Assembly (NCBI GenBank): GCA_028710695.1
Contig: JAQTTP010000001.1
Location: forward strand, 11,833 to 75,832
Direction of reading: 5' to 3'
Length of the DNA: 64,000 bases
DNA from: Candidatus Iainarchaeum sp.
GTDB taxonomy: Archaea > Iainarchaeota > Iainarchaeia > Iainarchaeales > 0-14-0-20-30-16
Below are positions 42,849 to 51,712 of the stretch, piece by piece. Made by a program: the position numbers and the translations under genes. The notes under the pieces were generated by a model. That model was given only the letters and a program-made list of their open reading frames with translations, was not told the DNA's origin and ran no database searches. The first letter of the stretch is position 1, and the number at the start of each line of letters is the position of its first letter.

Positions 42849-43880
42849 ATGAAGTATTTTGTACATAAAAAAGAGCAGAACGTGGTAATTACTCCTGAAA
42901 ACCTAGATGATCTTTGGGCTTTAAATAATATAACCCACGAAAACGAGCTAATCTATGGTAAAACTACAAGGCGTTTTAGAGTTGAAGGTTCTAAAGACAG
43001 TGAAAAGAAAACAGTAAATGTAAAAATAAAAATAGAAAAAAAAGAGTTTGACACCCAAGATGGCAGGCTAAAATTTACAGGGATTATTATTGATGGTCAC
43101 CCAGAAGAGTATGTTGACGTTGGCTCGTTCCACACTTTGGATATTGGGTTTGGCGACACAGTAACTATCTACAAAGAATTGCTTGGTTATGAACTGGATT
43201 TAATAGAATCTGCAAAGAAATATACCTTAAACCCAAAAATCATTGCAGTAGTTTTGGACGATGAAACAGCAACAGTTTCCGAAATAAATTATAGCAATTA
43301 TAAAGTTGTGGCAAAAGTAAATTCAAAAAACAAAGGAAAAAGGTATGCAGTAGAAGAAGATAAAAATTATTTTAAAGAAATTTTGGAAAGCATCTCAAAT
43401 ACAAAACCAGAAATGTTGATATTGGCTGGCCCAGGCTTCGACAAAGACAAATTGGGTCTTTACTTAAAAGAAAAGAATCTGAAGTTAAAAACAATTTTTG
43501 TTAACTTGAACGGCGTAGGAACAAATGGCATACTGGAGCTAATAAAAAGTAACTCTTTGTCAAAAACACTTAATGAATTTAAGATATCAAAAGATATAGA
43601 GAAAGTAAACAACTCATTATACAAAATAAGTCAAGGCAAACGAAATATTATCTATGGTCCTAAAGATGTGCAAAGTGTTTTAGAAAATCAGATGGTTGCA
43701 GTAGAAGAATTAACAGTATCCACAAATTATTTTAATGAAAATTATTCAACTCTTAAACCCCACTTTGTAACTATTTCAAATCAAGGCAAAAAAATACATT
43801 TAATTGATTCAAAGAACGATGCAGGAAAAATGCTTGATGGGCTTGGCGGGATCCTGTTAAACTTATTTTATTCTTTGTGA
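42849..43880 (+). CDS. pelA: Pelota (aDom34) mRNA surveillance factor
   Basis: MKYFVHKKEQNVVITPENLDDLWALNNI...GKTTRRF is a typical Pelota N-terminus, with an eRF1-like domain architecture. The track start 42774 would overlap the divergent abce1. Confidence 0.88.
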   Translation: MKYFVHKKEQNVVITPENLDDLWALNNITHENELIYGKTTRRFRVEGSKDSEKKTVNVKIKIEKKEFDTQDGRLKFTGIIIDGHPEEYVDVGSFHTLDIGFGDTVTIYKELLGYELDLIESAKKYTLNPKIIAVVLDDETATVSEINYSNYKVVAKVNSKNKGKRYAVEEDKNYFKEILESISNTKPEMLILAGPGFDKDKLGLYLKEKNLKLKTIFVNLNGVGTNGILELIKSNSLSKTLNEFKISKDIEKVNNSLYKISQGKRNIIYGPKDVQSVLENQMVAVEELTVSTNYFNENYSTLKPHFVTISNQGKKIHLIDSKNDAGKMLDGLGGILLNLFYSL

Positions 43881-43887
43881 CATAAAA

Positions 43888-44193
43888 TTAAATGTCATAA
43901 TTTTTCTTTGTTTTGTAATATTCTTTTAAAAATTCGTTAATGAACTGCCCAGAATAGTATATCTCTTTTGGCCCAATATCTTCTACAGCGAGGAGCTTTA
44001 TACTCACTAACATATTTAGAAGCAGTTTTAAGTCCTCTTGTTCGACCATATGGAATTCATCCATTTTTTTAATTTCGTCTATAGTTGCACCAGATTTTGA
44101 TAACTTTTCTAGCAAGCTTATACATAACTCAGAGCTAGCAATAGCATATTGTTTAGGATATTTTTGGGCGTATTCTATGAAACTTTCGTTCAT
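43888..44193 (-). CDS. hypothetical small protein (possibly winged-helix)
   Basis: 102 aa from ATG-44193. The longer track ORF (to 44367) overlaps rpoK on the other strand. Confidence 0.4.
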   Translation of the reverse strand: MNESFIEYAQKYPKQYAIASSELCISLLEKLSKSGATIDEIKKMDEFHMVEQEDLKLLLNMLVSIKLLAVEDIGPKEIYYSGQFINEFLKEYYKTKKNYDI

Positions 44194-44275
44194 TTTGACC
44201 ACTTTCCTTAGAAATATATATAAAAGTAATGGGTATAAAGGATAATATAATAACTTATATAAAATAGGTGATTTC

Positions 44276-44467
44276 TTGACATGTTCAAAATTTGAAAAAA
44301 CGAGACTATTGGCTACAAGGTCATTACAGATAGCGGATAATGCTCCGCCACAAGTAAGCGCGGACAAGAAAGAGACCCCTTACGAAGTAGCATCAAAAGA
44401 GTTCGAAGAAAAGAAAATACCTTTAAGAATAATTAAGTATAAAGCAGATGGGACAAGGGAGAAATAA
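44276..44467 (+). CDS. rpoK: RNA polymerase subunit Rpo6 (RpoK)
   Basis: 63 aa. SKFEKTRLLATRSLQIADNAPP matches the RpoK/RPB6 core (TRFEKARIIGARALQI..GAP). Confidence 0.85.
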   Translation: MTCSKFEKTRLLATRSLQIADNAPPQVSADKKETPYEVASKEFEEKKIPLRIIKYKADGTREK

Positions 44468-44491
44468 TATTAAAATTGAAAGGTGTGGTAT

Positions 44492-44683
44492 ATGGGTAAA
44501 TCAATGTTAAAACCATTAAAGACAAAAGCAAACACAATAATGGAAGCAGTAAAAGAAATAGGTACAGATTTTGATACTAATAAAAAAACAATAAACAAAC
44601 TAGGTCTGCCAATAACAAAAACAAACGTAAACAAAATGGCTGGCTATATGACAAGGCAAAAGAAAAGAAAACAAAAAGAATGA
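44492..44683 (+). CDS. rps17e: 30S ribosomal protein S17e
   Basis: 63 aa. TDFDTNKK and NKMAGYMTR match archaeal S17e (TDFE.NKK...N.IAGY.T). AAGGTG SD upstream. Confidence 0.75.
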   Translation: MGKSMLKPLKTKANTIMEAVKEIGTDFDTNKKTINKLGLPITKTNVNKMAGYMTRQKKRKQKE

Positions 44684-44687
44684 GCAA

Positions 44688-45281
44688 TCATTCTATTTTT
44701 AATAATTCCTTGCAAAATTCTTTAAGTTGCTTATAGTTTCTTTCCAATTTTTTATTTGCTTTTTCCAAGATTATTTTTATTTGTTCATCAGAAAGCAACA
44801 CTTTTTTCCCAATTTTAATTGGAACCGCCAAGGTTTGTGACCCAATAAGCTCGACCAGATATTTGTCATCTTTTACGTAAAATATTCCGCCCCTTCTAAT
44901 TCCTGATCTTGTCTTTATTTCCAAAAATTTCTTTGCGGTTTCTAAGTCTTTCGCCCCAAAGTGAAAAATGAATGGTTCCTGCTTAAGCCACAGTTCTGGA
45001 AACTTGTTAGTTTTCAAAGCGCCCTTAATCTCAGAAAGCTTTACTTTTCGGTGTTCTTTAAGCACAAAAAGGTTAGGCTGCTTGCTTTCTTCAGTGTCTA
45101 GGCCAATAACCATAATTCGCCCAGCACAGCAGCTAGAAGAATAGATATTTGGCTTTTTGTTTATCTTTTTCAAAAAAGGAATGAGCATTTTGTCGACAAG
45201 TCCTTTGTCTAAAGCAGCCCCAAATTTGGCTACATTGCTCTTTTTACACATTTCGAATCGGTAATCCGCCATGTTTATCAT
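44688..45281 (-). CDS. taw3: tRNA wyosine-derivative methyltransferase Taw3/TYW3
   Basis: 197 aa. SSSCCAGRI matches the TYW3 S-S-C-S-G-R signature. Alternative start at ATG-45272. Confidence 0.72.
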   Translation of the reverse strand: MINMADYRFEMCKKSNVAKFGAALDKGLVDKMLIPFLKKINKKPNIYSSSCCAGRIMVIGLDTEESKQPNLFVLKEHRKVKLSEIKGALKTNKFPELWLKQEPFIFHFGAKDLETAKKFLEIKTRSGIRRGGIFYVKDDKYLVELIGSQTLAVPIKIGKKVLLSDEQIKIILEKANKKLERNYKQLKEFCKELLKIE

Positions 45282-45345
45282 TAGATAGCAAAGATATATA
45301 ACTATTTTTGTGCTTTTTTTATAAGTATTAATAAAAGGTGAAAGA

Positions 45346-46116
45346 ATGTTAAGAAAGATGTACTTATGTTTTTTAATTTTGTTAGTTGGTCTATCGTTTT
45401 CTATAGGTTTTGTAAAGCCTTTAGATAAAGATATCGATTCAGGGAAGATAGATGCATTTGCAAGTATAATGCCTGGCCAAGTTTTAGATATCTCTTTTTT
45501 AAAACAGTATAACGGCGAGTCAATAGAATCAATTACAGTAAAATATAACGACTCTACATTTGAACTCGGGAAGATAAATTATGGTGAACCGTTCATTGAC
45601 GTCTACATAACTGCAAAGGAAAATGCAAGTCCTGGTGTATATGATGTTCTATTTATTTTTAACACAAACCAAGGAGAAAAAACAGTAACTACCTCAATCA
45701 CAATTTCAAAAAATCTTGTAAAAGGCCAATTATTTTTTGTAGGATCTAGTTTGAAGTTACACGAAACTAAAGACATCAAGTACATATTAGAAAACCTAAG
45801 TGACTCAGAAGTAAATTGTAACCTGAACTCAAACCTTGCAGAGTCTTGGATTAAGTACGTAAATGTATCTTTGGGCCCAAAAGAGATAAAGGAATACTCT
45901 AACCAATTTGTGGCAAACAATGTTGGAGATTACGAAATACAATTTGTGTGTGAAGATTACAAAGGCGACAGCTTATTTAAACTTGGAAAGCAGCTTACAA
46001 TAACAGCAGACAGCGCGGAAGAAAATAAATTTCTTTACTTTTCATACCCGGTAATAAATAGTGTTTTGAATCCATTCCACGCGTTAATAAATTATATTTC
46101 TGATTTATTCCAATAA
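45346..46116 (+). CDS. secreted hypothetical protein
   Basis: 256 aa with signal peptide MYLCFLILLVGLSFSIGF and a beta-rich body. AAGGTGA SD upstream. Confidence 0.5.
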   Translation: MLRKMYLCFLILLVGLSFSIGFVKPLDKDIDSGKIDAFASIMPGQVLDISFLKQYNGESIESITVKYNDSTFELGKINYGEPFIDVYITAKENASPGVYDVLFIFNTNQGEKTVTTSITISKNLVKGQLFFVGSSLKLHETKDIKYILENLSDSEVNCNLNSNLAESWIKYVNVSLGPKEIKEYSNQFVANNVGDYEIQFVCEDYKGDSLFKLGKQLTITADSAEENKFLYFSYPVINSVLNPFHALINYISDLFQ

Positions 46117-46173
46117 AACAGGCAACTTATAAGCCCACAAGCTTATAATTTCTTTTCTTATTTATTATTTGTT

Positions 46174-47742
46174 ATGGGGCTTACAAAAAATGAAAAAAAG
46201 TATTCTCTAGACCTAATCTCTTTTTTAAAATTAAATCCAAATGTTTCACAGCTAAAACTTAATTCTGAAAAAATGAAATTATGTAAAAAACATAAACTAA
46301 AAAAATTGCCGCTAAATTCTGAAACTCTTGAATACTGCAATAAAAAAGATATAGAAAAAATAAAACCTTTATTGCAAATAAAAAATGTAAGGCTCAATGC
46401 AGGAGTTAATGTAATTGCTGTTATGTCTCCTCCAAAACCGTGCCCCCACGGAAAATGTATTTTTTGTCCGGGCGGAGTAGACGAAAACCTTCCGCAAAGT
46501 TATACTGGATATGAGCCCGCAGCAATGAGGGCAAAACAAAATTCTTATGATTCTTATAAACAAACAAAGAACCGTCTGGAACAATTAAAGAACGTTGGTC
46601 ACGATATTTCAAAATTAGAAATAATAATTATGGGCGGAACATTCCCATCCTATGACGTACCCTTCCAAAAAAAGTTTATGAAAGGGGTATTTGATGGCAT
46701 TGCTTTTGATGAAAAAAAATCAAAAACCTTTGAATCTGCAAAAAAGAAAATGGAAGTTTACAAATATCGCCCAATAGGAGTAACTTTTGAGACAAGGCCA
46801 GATTCCGCAAACAAAGACCAAATAAAAAATATGCTTTATTTTGGCGGAACAAGAGTAGAACTTGGGGTCCAAAGCCTAAATGACAAAGTTCTAAAAATAA
46901 ATAATAGAAAACACACAGTCAAAGAGGTAATTTCCACAACCCAAAATCTAAAAGATTCTGGCTTCAAAGTTTTATATCACATAATGCCTGGCTTATATAA
47001 AAGTACATTTTCACAAGATGTAAAAGATTTCAAAAAACTTTTTTCAGAGCCATTTTCTCCAGATATGTTGAAAATATATCCCTGCCTTGTAATAAAAGGC
47101 ACCAAGTTACATGGTTTGTGGAAAAAAGGAGCCTATAAACCATACACAAATTCCCAACTTGAAAAATATCTTTCAAAAATATATTATGAAATCCCGTACT
47201 GGACAAGGCTTATGCGTATCCAGAGAGACATTCCCTCTACAAAAATAGAAGCAGGACCAACAAAAAGCAATTTTAGAGATATAATATTAAAAAAATTAGA
47301 TCTTGAAAAAATCAAAGAAATCCGTGCGCGTGAATACGGTAAGAAAATACCTCTAAAAACATCGGACATAGAATATTTTACAGAAAAATACAAAGCAAGC
47401 AAAGGCACAGAATATTTTATCTCTGCAGAAGACCCAGATAGAAAAACATTATTTGGTTTTGTGCGGCTTAGATTCCCATACAAGCCATTTATAGAAAACT
47501 TAAAAGATTCTGCAATTATTAGGGAATTACATGTATATGGCAACATGACACCAGTAGGCCAAGAAAATAAAAGTGCTTTTGGCCAGCACAAAGGATTTGG
47601 AAAAACATTATTAAGTATGGCTGAAGAAATAGCAAAAGAAAAATACAACAAACTTTCAGTCATCTCTGGTATAGGAGCACGCCAGTATTATTATAAATTA
47701 GGTTACAAAATTGATGGAGATTATGTTTCTAAAAAGTTATAG
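46174..47742 (+). CDS. elp3: Elp3-family radical SAM/GNAT tRNA modification enzyme
   Basis: 522 aa. Radical SAM cluster CPHGKCIFCPGG, a TIM-like core, and a C-terminal GNAT domain (QHKGFGKTLL). Confidence 0.9.
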   Translation: MGLTKNEKKYSLDLISFLKLNPNVSQLKLNSEKMKLCKKHKLKKLPLNSETLEYCNKKDIEKIKPLLQIKNVRLNAGVNVIAVMSPPKPCPHGKCIFCPGGVDENLPQSYTGYEPAAMRAKQNSYDSYKQTKNRLEQLKNVGHDISKLEIIIMGGTFPSYDVPFQKKFMKGVFDGIAFDEKKSKTFESAKKKMEVYKYRPIGVTFETRPDSANKDQIKNMLYFGGTRVELGVQSLNDKVLKINNRKHTVKEVISTTQNLKDSGFKVLYHIMPGLYKSTFSQDVKDFKKLFSEPFSPDMLKIYPCLVIKGTKLHGLWKKGAYKPYTNSQLEKYLSKIYYEIPYWTRLMRIQRDIPSTKIEAGPTKSNFRDIILKKLDLEKIKEIRAREYGKKIPLKTSDIEYFTEKYKASKGTEYFISAEDPDRKTLFGFVRLRFPYKPFIENLKDSAIIRELHVYGNMTPVGQENKSAFGQHKGFGKTLLSMAEEIAKEKYNKLSVISGIGARQYYYKLGYKIDGDYVSKKL

Positions 47743-47761
47743 TTTTTAATTGGTGATCTTT

Positions 47762-48169
47762 ATGGATTATATTTTCATATTATTTATTTTAGTTGCACTA
47801 GTAATTGGATTTATCTTGGGTTTCATTTTAATGAAAATTCAAATCTCTAAATATGAATCTGAAATTTATTCTCTTGTAAAAGAAAACAGAAAAGACGCGG
47901 TAAAGAGATCTAGATCAGTTCTTTCTGGCTTAGTAAATGAACAATTAGCACCCTACCTTCCAAATTTCCCATTTAATCCTTCAGAAATAAAGTTTTTGGG
48001 CAAGCCAATAGACTTTATAGTTTTTAGTGGTCTAGACAATAAAGAAGTAAAAGAAGTAGTCTTTGTAGAAGTAAAAACTGGCGGCTCAGTTATGAGCAAA
48101 ACAGAGAGATCTCTAAAGGACGCAATAGAAGGGAAAAGGGTGCGCTGGTATGAATATAGAATTAAATAG
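47762..48169 (+). CDS. membrane-anchored endonuclease related to archaeal Holliday junction resolvase
   Basis: N-terminal TM helix, then RKDAVKRSRSVLSGLVNEQLAPYLPNFPFNPSEIKFLGKPIDFIVF...VVFVEVKTG...ERSLKDAIEGKRVRW. This fits the Endonuc_Holl-type pattern as I recall it. GGTGATC SD upstream. Confidence 0.62.
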   Translation: MDYIFILFILVALVIGFILGFILMKIQISKYESEIYSLVKENRKDAVKRSRSVLSGLVNEQLAPYLPNFPFNPSEIKFLGKPIDFIVFSGLDNKEVKEVVFVEVKTGGSVMSKTERSLKDAIEGKRVRWYEYRIK

Positions 48170-48204
48170 ATATATTATCTAAAATACATAGTAAGGTGAA
48201 TAAA

Positions 48205-48681
48205 ATGGCTGTTTTGGACCAATACGACTTCAAAATACTTCAAATGCTAATAAAGGACGGAAGAGCATCTTTTAGTAACATAGCTAAAGAGATTGGCATA
48301 AGCGATGTTGCAGTAAAAAAACGGTTTGAAAGGCTTATTTCTAAAAAAATAATAAAACAAATATCTCTTGACGTAGGTTATGATGTTGTTGGGTTCCAAG
48401 GTCTATTTTTAGTTTTGCTAAAAGTAAATAATTTCTTTTATAAAAAAATAATGGCATCTCTTAAAGCAGAGGATTTTGTAAAAAGCATCTACAGAACAAC
48501 AGGTGACTATAACATAACTCTTTTTTACTTAGTTCCGGATATGTCTCAAGTTGAATTATTGGACAACTTATTAACAAAGCTAGAGGGCGTGATAGATTTT
48601 AAAATACTAATCGTTACTGGAAAAGAATATGAAAAAGATTCTTTGCCGTTATCAAGTTTACAAGTTTATTATAGGCATTAA
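48205..48681 (+). CDS. Lrp/AsnC-family transcriptional regulator
   Basis: LDQYDFKILQMLIKDGRASFSNIAKEIGISDVAVKKRFERL HTH, followed by an RAM-like C-terminal domain. Confidence 0.8.
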   Translation: MAVLDQYDFKILQMLIKDGRASFSNIAKEIGISDVAVKKRFERLISKKIIKQISLDVGYDVVGFQGLFLVLLKVNNFFYKKIMASLKAEDFVKSIYRTTGDYNITLFYLVPDMSQVELLDNLLTKLEGVIDFKILIVTGKEYEKDSLPLSSLQVYYRH

Positions 48682-48710
48682 AATTTATTTTGCCTTATTT
48701 ATGTGATTCC

Positions 48711-50825
48711 ATGAAAACTATAATTGTTGCAGAGAAACCAATTGCGGGAAGAACAATTTCCGAAATTCTTTCAAGCAAAAAGTATTCTGCAAAATTTTAT
48801 AATAAAATGCCGTATTTTGAATTTTCTTCTAAAGAACTAGGGGAAATAATACTAATTCCATTAAAAGGCCACATTTCAGATGTTGCATTTCCACTAAAGT
48901 ATGCACGGTGGCTTGGTACTGACTTGAAAGATTTAGTTCAAAAGCCAGAAATAAAATATATTATGAAAGAAAAAGAAATTACTGCTCTTTTGAAAAAATA
49001 TGCTAAAGAAGTAAGCAAAATAATAATTGCAACCGATGCAGACCGTGAAGGTGAATCTATTGGCAAAGAAGCAGTAACTTATGTTACAGAAGAAAATCCA
49101 AATATAGAAATAAAAAGAGTATATTATTCAGCAATTACAAAAGATGAACTTAGCAAAGCATTCTCAAACCAGCAAGAATTAAATTATGGTTTGGCAGATG
49201 CAGCAGACGCTCGTAGAGAAATAGATTTAATCTGGGGTGCAGTTCTTACAAGGTTTCTATCTTTAATTATAAAAAGACTTGGCCCAGACTTTTTGTCAGC
49301 AGGAAGAGTTCAGAGTCCAACTCTTGCAAAAATAGTTGAAAAGGATTTAGAAATTGCTAATTTTGTGCCAGAAAAATATTGGCAAGTAGAATTAACTTTG
49401 AAAAAAGGAGAAGAATTTACTGCTCTTTATGAAAAAGAAAAAATTGACAACAATGAATTAGCAGAAAAGATATTCAATTCAGTAAAAGAAAAAGTAAAAG
49501 TTCATAGCTTGGACAAAAAGCAGAAAAAGATTCCAAAGCCAACCCCATTTAACACTACAGACTTTTTAAGAGAAGCAACAAAGCTTGGGTTTTCAGCAGG
49601 AAAAGCAATAAGTATTGCAGAAAATCTTTATATGAACGGATTTATAAGTTACCCAAGAACAGATAACAGAAAATACGTTGGCGTAGACATATTTAAAATT
49701 TTGGCAGACTTAGAACCAGGTTTCAAAAAAGAAGTTGCAAAGCTAAAAAAACAAGATAAAATCACCCCCTCTGCAGGAGAAGAAACAAAAGATCATCCGC
49801 CAATCCACCCAGTAACTCTTGCGTATGAAAACACTCTTTCAAAGCCAGAATGGAAAGTCTACAAATTAGTGGTTGACAGATTTTTTGCAACCCTTGCAGA
49901 AGATGCAGAAGCAAACACAACAAAAGTTTATTTTTCAACCCCAGAATACTTATTTGTTTCAGAAGGTTTAGAAATATTAAAAGCAGGCTGGCTTGAGTTT
50001 TATCCTTATAGAAAAGTGGCAGAAAACTTTTTACCAAGCATGGAAGTTGGAGAAGAGCTTCCAGTACTAAATAAAGAAATCCTTGCAAAAGAAACTAAAC
50101 CACCTGCAAAATATTCACAAGGAACACTAATTAAACTTATGGAAGATCTAAAGCTAGGTACAAAGAGTACTAGGCCAACAATAATAGAAAAGCTTTATTC
50201 TAGAAACTATATAGATGGAGAAAAACAAGTAAACTCAACAGAAATAGCTAAAGCAGTAATATCTGCCCTACAAGAATATGCAAAAGCAATAGTTCTTCCT
50301 GAAACAACAGCAAAATTGGAAGACCAAATGACCTCTATAGAAAATAAGGAAACTACAAAAGAGAAAGTTGTAAACGATTCTAGAGACCTTCTATTAAAAA
50401 TCTTAGACGAGTTATTAGAAAACAAGGGAAAGATAGCCCAGAAGCTTATGGCAGGCATAAGCAGGCACGATTCTTTTGGCCCATGCCTATGTGGTGGAAG
50501 TTTAAGAAAGCTTACTTCTAGGGCCGGGAAATCATTCCTTGGTTGTAGTAATTATCCTAATTGTAAAATAACATATTCTTTGCCACAAAAAGATTTCTAC
50601 ACTTATGCCGGCAAATGTAGTATATGTAATGCCCCAAAGATAGAGCTAAGAAAAGGCAAAAGAAAGTATGAATTTTGCCTAAACCAAAACTGCCCTTCTC
50701 AAAAAGAATATGTAAAGAAAAGAGAAGAAGCGGGGCCAGCAGTAGCAACGGCAGCCTCCACAAAGCCCGTAAAAACAGTTACAAAGAAAACAACTAAGAA
50801 AAGAGTAACGAAGAAAAAAGAATAA
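48711..50825 (+). CDS. topA: type IA DNA topoisomerase (TopA/Topo III-like) with C-terminal zinc fingers and Lys-rich tail
   Basis: Toprim start MKTIIVAEKP...ATDADREGE, active-site region GFISYPRTDN, C-terminal CxxC pairs (CLCGG, CSNYPNC, CSICN), tail KKTTKKRVTKKKE. GTGAT SD upstream. Confidence 0.9.
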   Translation: MKTIIVAEKPIAGRTISEILSSKKYSAKFYNKMPYFEFSSKELGEIILIPLKGHISDVAFPLKYARWLGTDLKDLVQKPEIKYIMKEKEITALLKKYAKEVSKIIIATDADREGESIGKEAVTYVTEENPNIEIKRVYYSAITKDELSKAFSNQQELNYGLADAADARREIDLIWGAVLTRFLSLIIKRLGPDFLSAGRVQSPTLAKIVEKDLEIANFVPEKYWQVELTLKKGEEFTALYEKEKIDNNELAEKIFNSVKEKVKVHSLDKKQKKIPKPTPFNTTDFLREATKLGFSAGKAISIAENLYMNGFISYPRTDNRKYVGVDIFKILADLEPGFKKEVAKLKKQDKITPSAGEETKDHPPIHPVTLAYENTLSKPEWKVYKLVVDRFFATLAEDAEANTTKVYFSTPEYLFVSEGLEILKAGWLEFYPYRKVAENFLPSMEVGEELPVLNKEILAKETKPPAKYSQGTLIKLMEDLKLGTKSTRPTIIEKLYSRNYIDGEKQVNSTEIAKAVISALQEYAKAIVLPETTAKLEDQMTSIENKETTKEKVVNDSRDLLLKILDELLENKGKIAQKLMAGISRHDSFGPCLCGGSLRKLTSRAGKSFLGCSNYPNCKITYSLPQKDFYTYAGKCSICNAPKIELRKGKRKYEFCLNQNCPSQKEYVKKREEAGPAVATAASTKPVKTVTKKTTKKRVTKKKE

Positions 50826-50849
50826 ATAAAAAATAATTCTTACCTTTTT

Positions 50850-51581
50850 TTATCTATGTCTTAAGTAAGAATTGAATATATTGAACTTTGTCAAATATAT
50901 TACTGTTTTTGTTATTTCTAGTAGAGGCACAATAAATATAGTATTTAGTATTAGCCCAACTATTAATCCAGTTGTTCCGCCTATCCACATTGAAATCAAA
51001 CTAACAATAAATATCAATACCACAAATACAAGGTAAACTACAAAAGTAGTCAACTTGTTATTTTTCATGAACTTGTAGTTATGTTCTAAAGCAACCCCAA
51101 TTCCCTCTTCATCAATTATAATTGATTGGGCGCAATAAAATACAAATATCGCTAATATAAAGTATAGAACAGGAATCAAGAATGCAACAACAGTTCCAAC
51201 AAAGATGTAGTAAATTATGAAATAGATTATATTTACAATAAAGGATATCACAAACAAGCTTGTAGTTGATTTTATTATGTGTTTTACCATTTCCATCTTC
51301 TTTACTCCTTGGAATAAGTCTCTTCTTACCACGAACACTAAGATTGAGGTAAACATGGAGTAAATTAAGCTAGATAGCACAATTGCTAACAAAACAAGCA
51401 AATAGACATAAATTGGATAGCCGGCGGCATATACAAAAGTTACATCATTCCCCATCAGAGAGAATGCAAAATTGTTTATAAAGAGAGTAATAAGCAAAGC
51501 AATAGCATATCCCACAACTACGTGGAAGTGCTTAAAGTAGCTCAAAAGGCTATTTTTTACAATATTTTTAACTTTTAACAT
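50850..51581 (-). CDS. multi-pass membrane protein, unknown function
   Basis: 243 aa with about 6 hydrophobic helices. Confidence 0.55.
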   Translation of the reverse strand: MLKVKNIVKNSLLSYFKHFHVVVGYAIALLITLFINNFAFSLMGNDVTFVYAAGYPIYVYLLVLLAIVLSSLIYSMFTSILVFVVRRDLFQGVKKMEMVKHIIKSTTSLFVISFIVNIIYFIIYYIFVGTVVAFLIPVLYFILAIFVFYCAQSIIIDEEGIGVALEHNYKFMKNNKLTTFVVYLVFVVLIFIVSLISMWIGGTTGLIVGLILNTIFIVPLLEITKTVIYLTKFNIFNSYLRHR

Positions 51582-51680
51582 AACTAATCACACTTGTCTC
51601 TTGTTTGTCCTAATAAATAAAAGAAGGAAAGGGATTTAAAGGTTTATTTCAAAATTGGTTAAATCCAATTCTGAAATCCT

Positions 51681-51700
51681 AAAATGCCTAAGGGCATTTT
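51681..51700 (-). terminator. 8-bp hairpin downstream of the Cys-rich protein gene
   Basis: AAAATGCC-TAAG-GGCATTTT, flanked by T-runs on both strands. Confidence 0.5.
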
Positions 51701-51712
51701 TTGATTCCCCAA

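Noticed and set aside
44194-44367. 58-aa N-terminal extension of ORF 43888..44367
   Set aside because: It overlaps rpoK on the opposite strand. The internal ATG-44193 yields a compact 102-aa protein.
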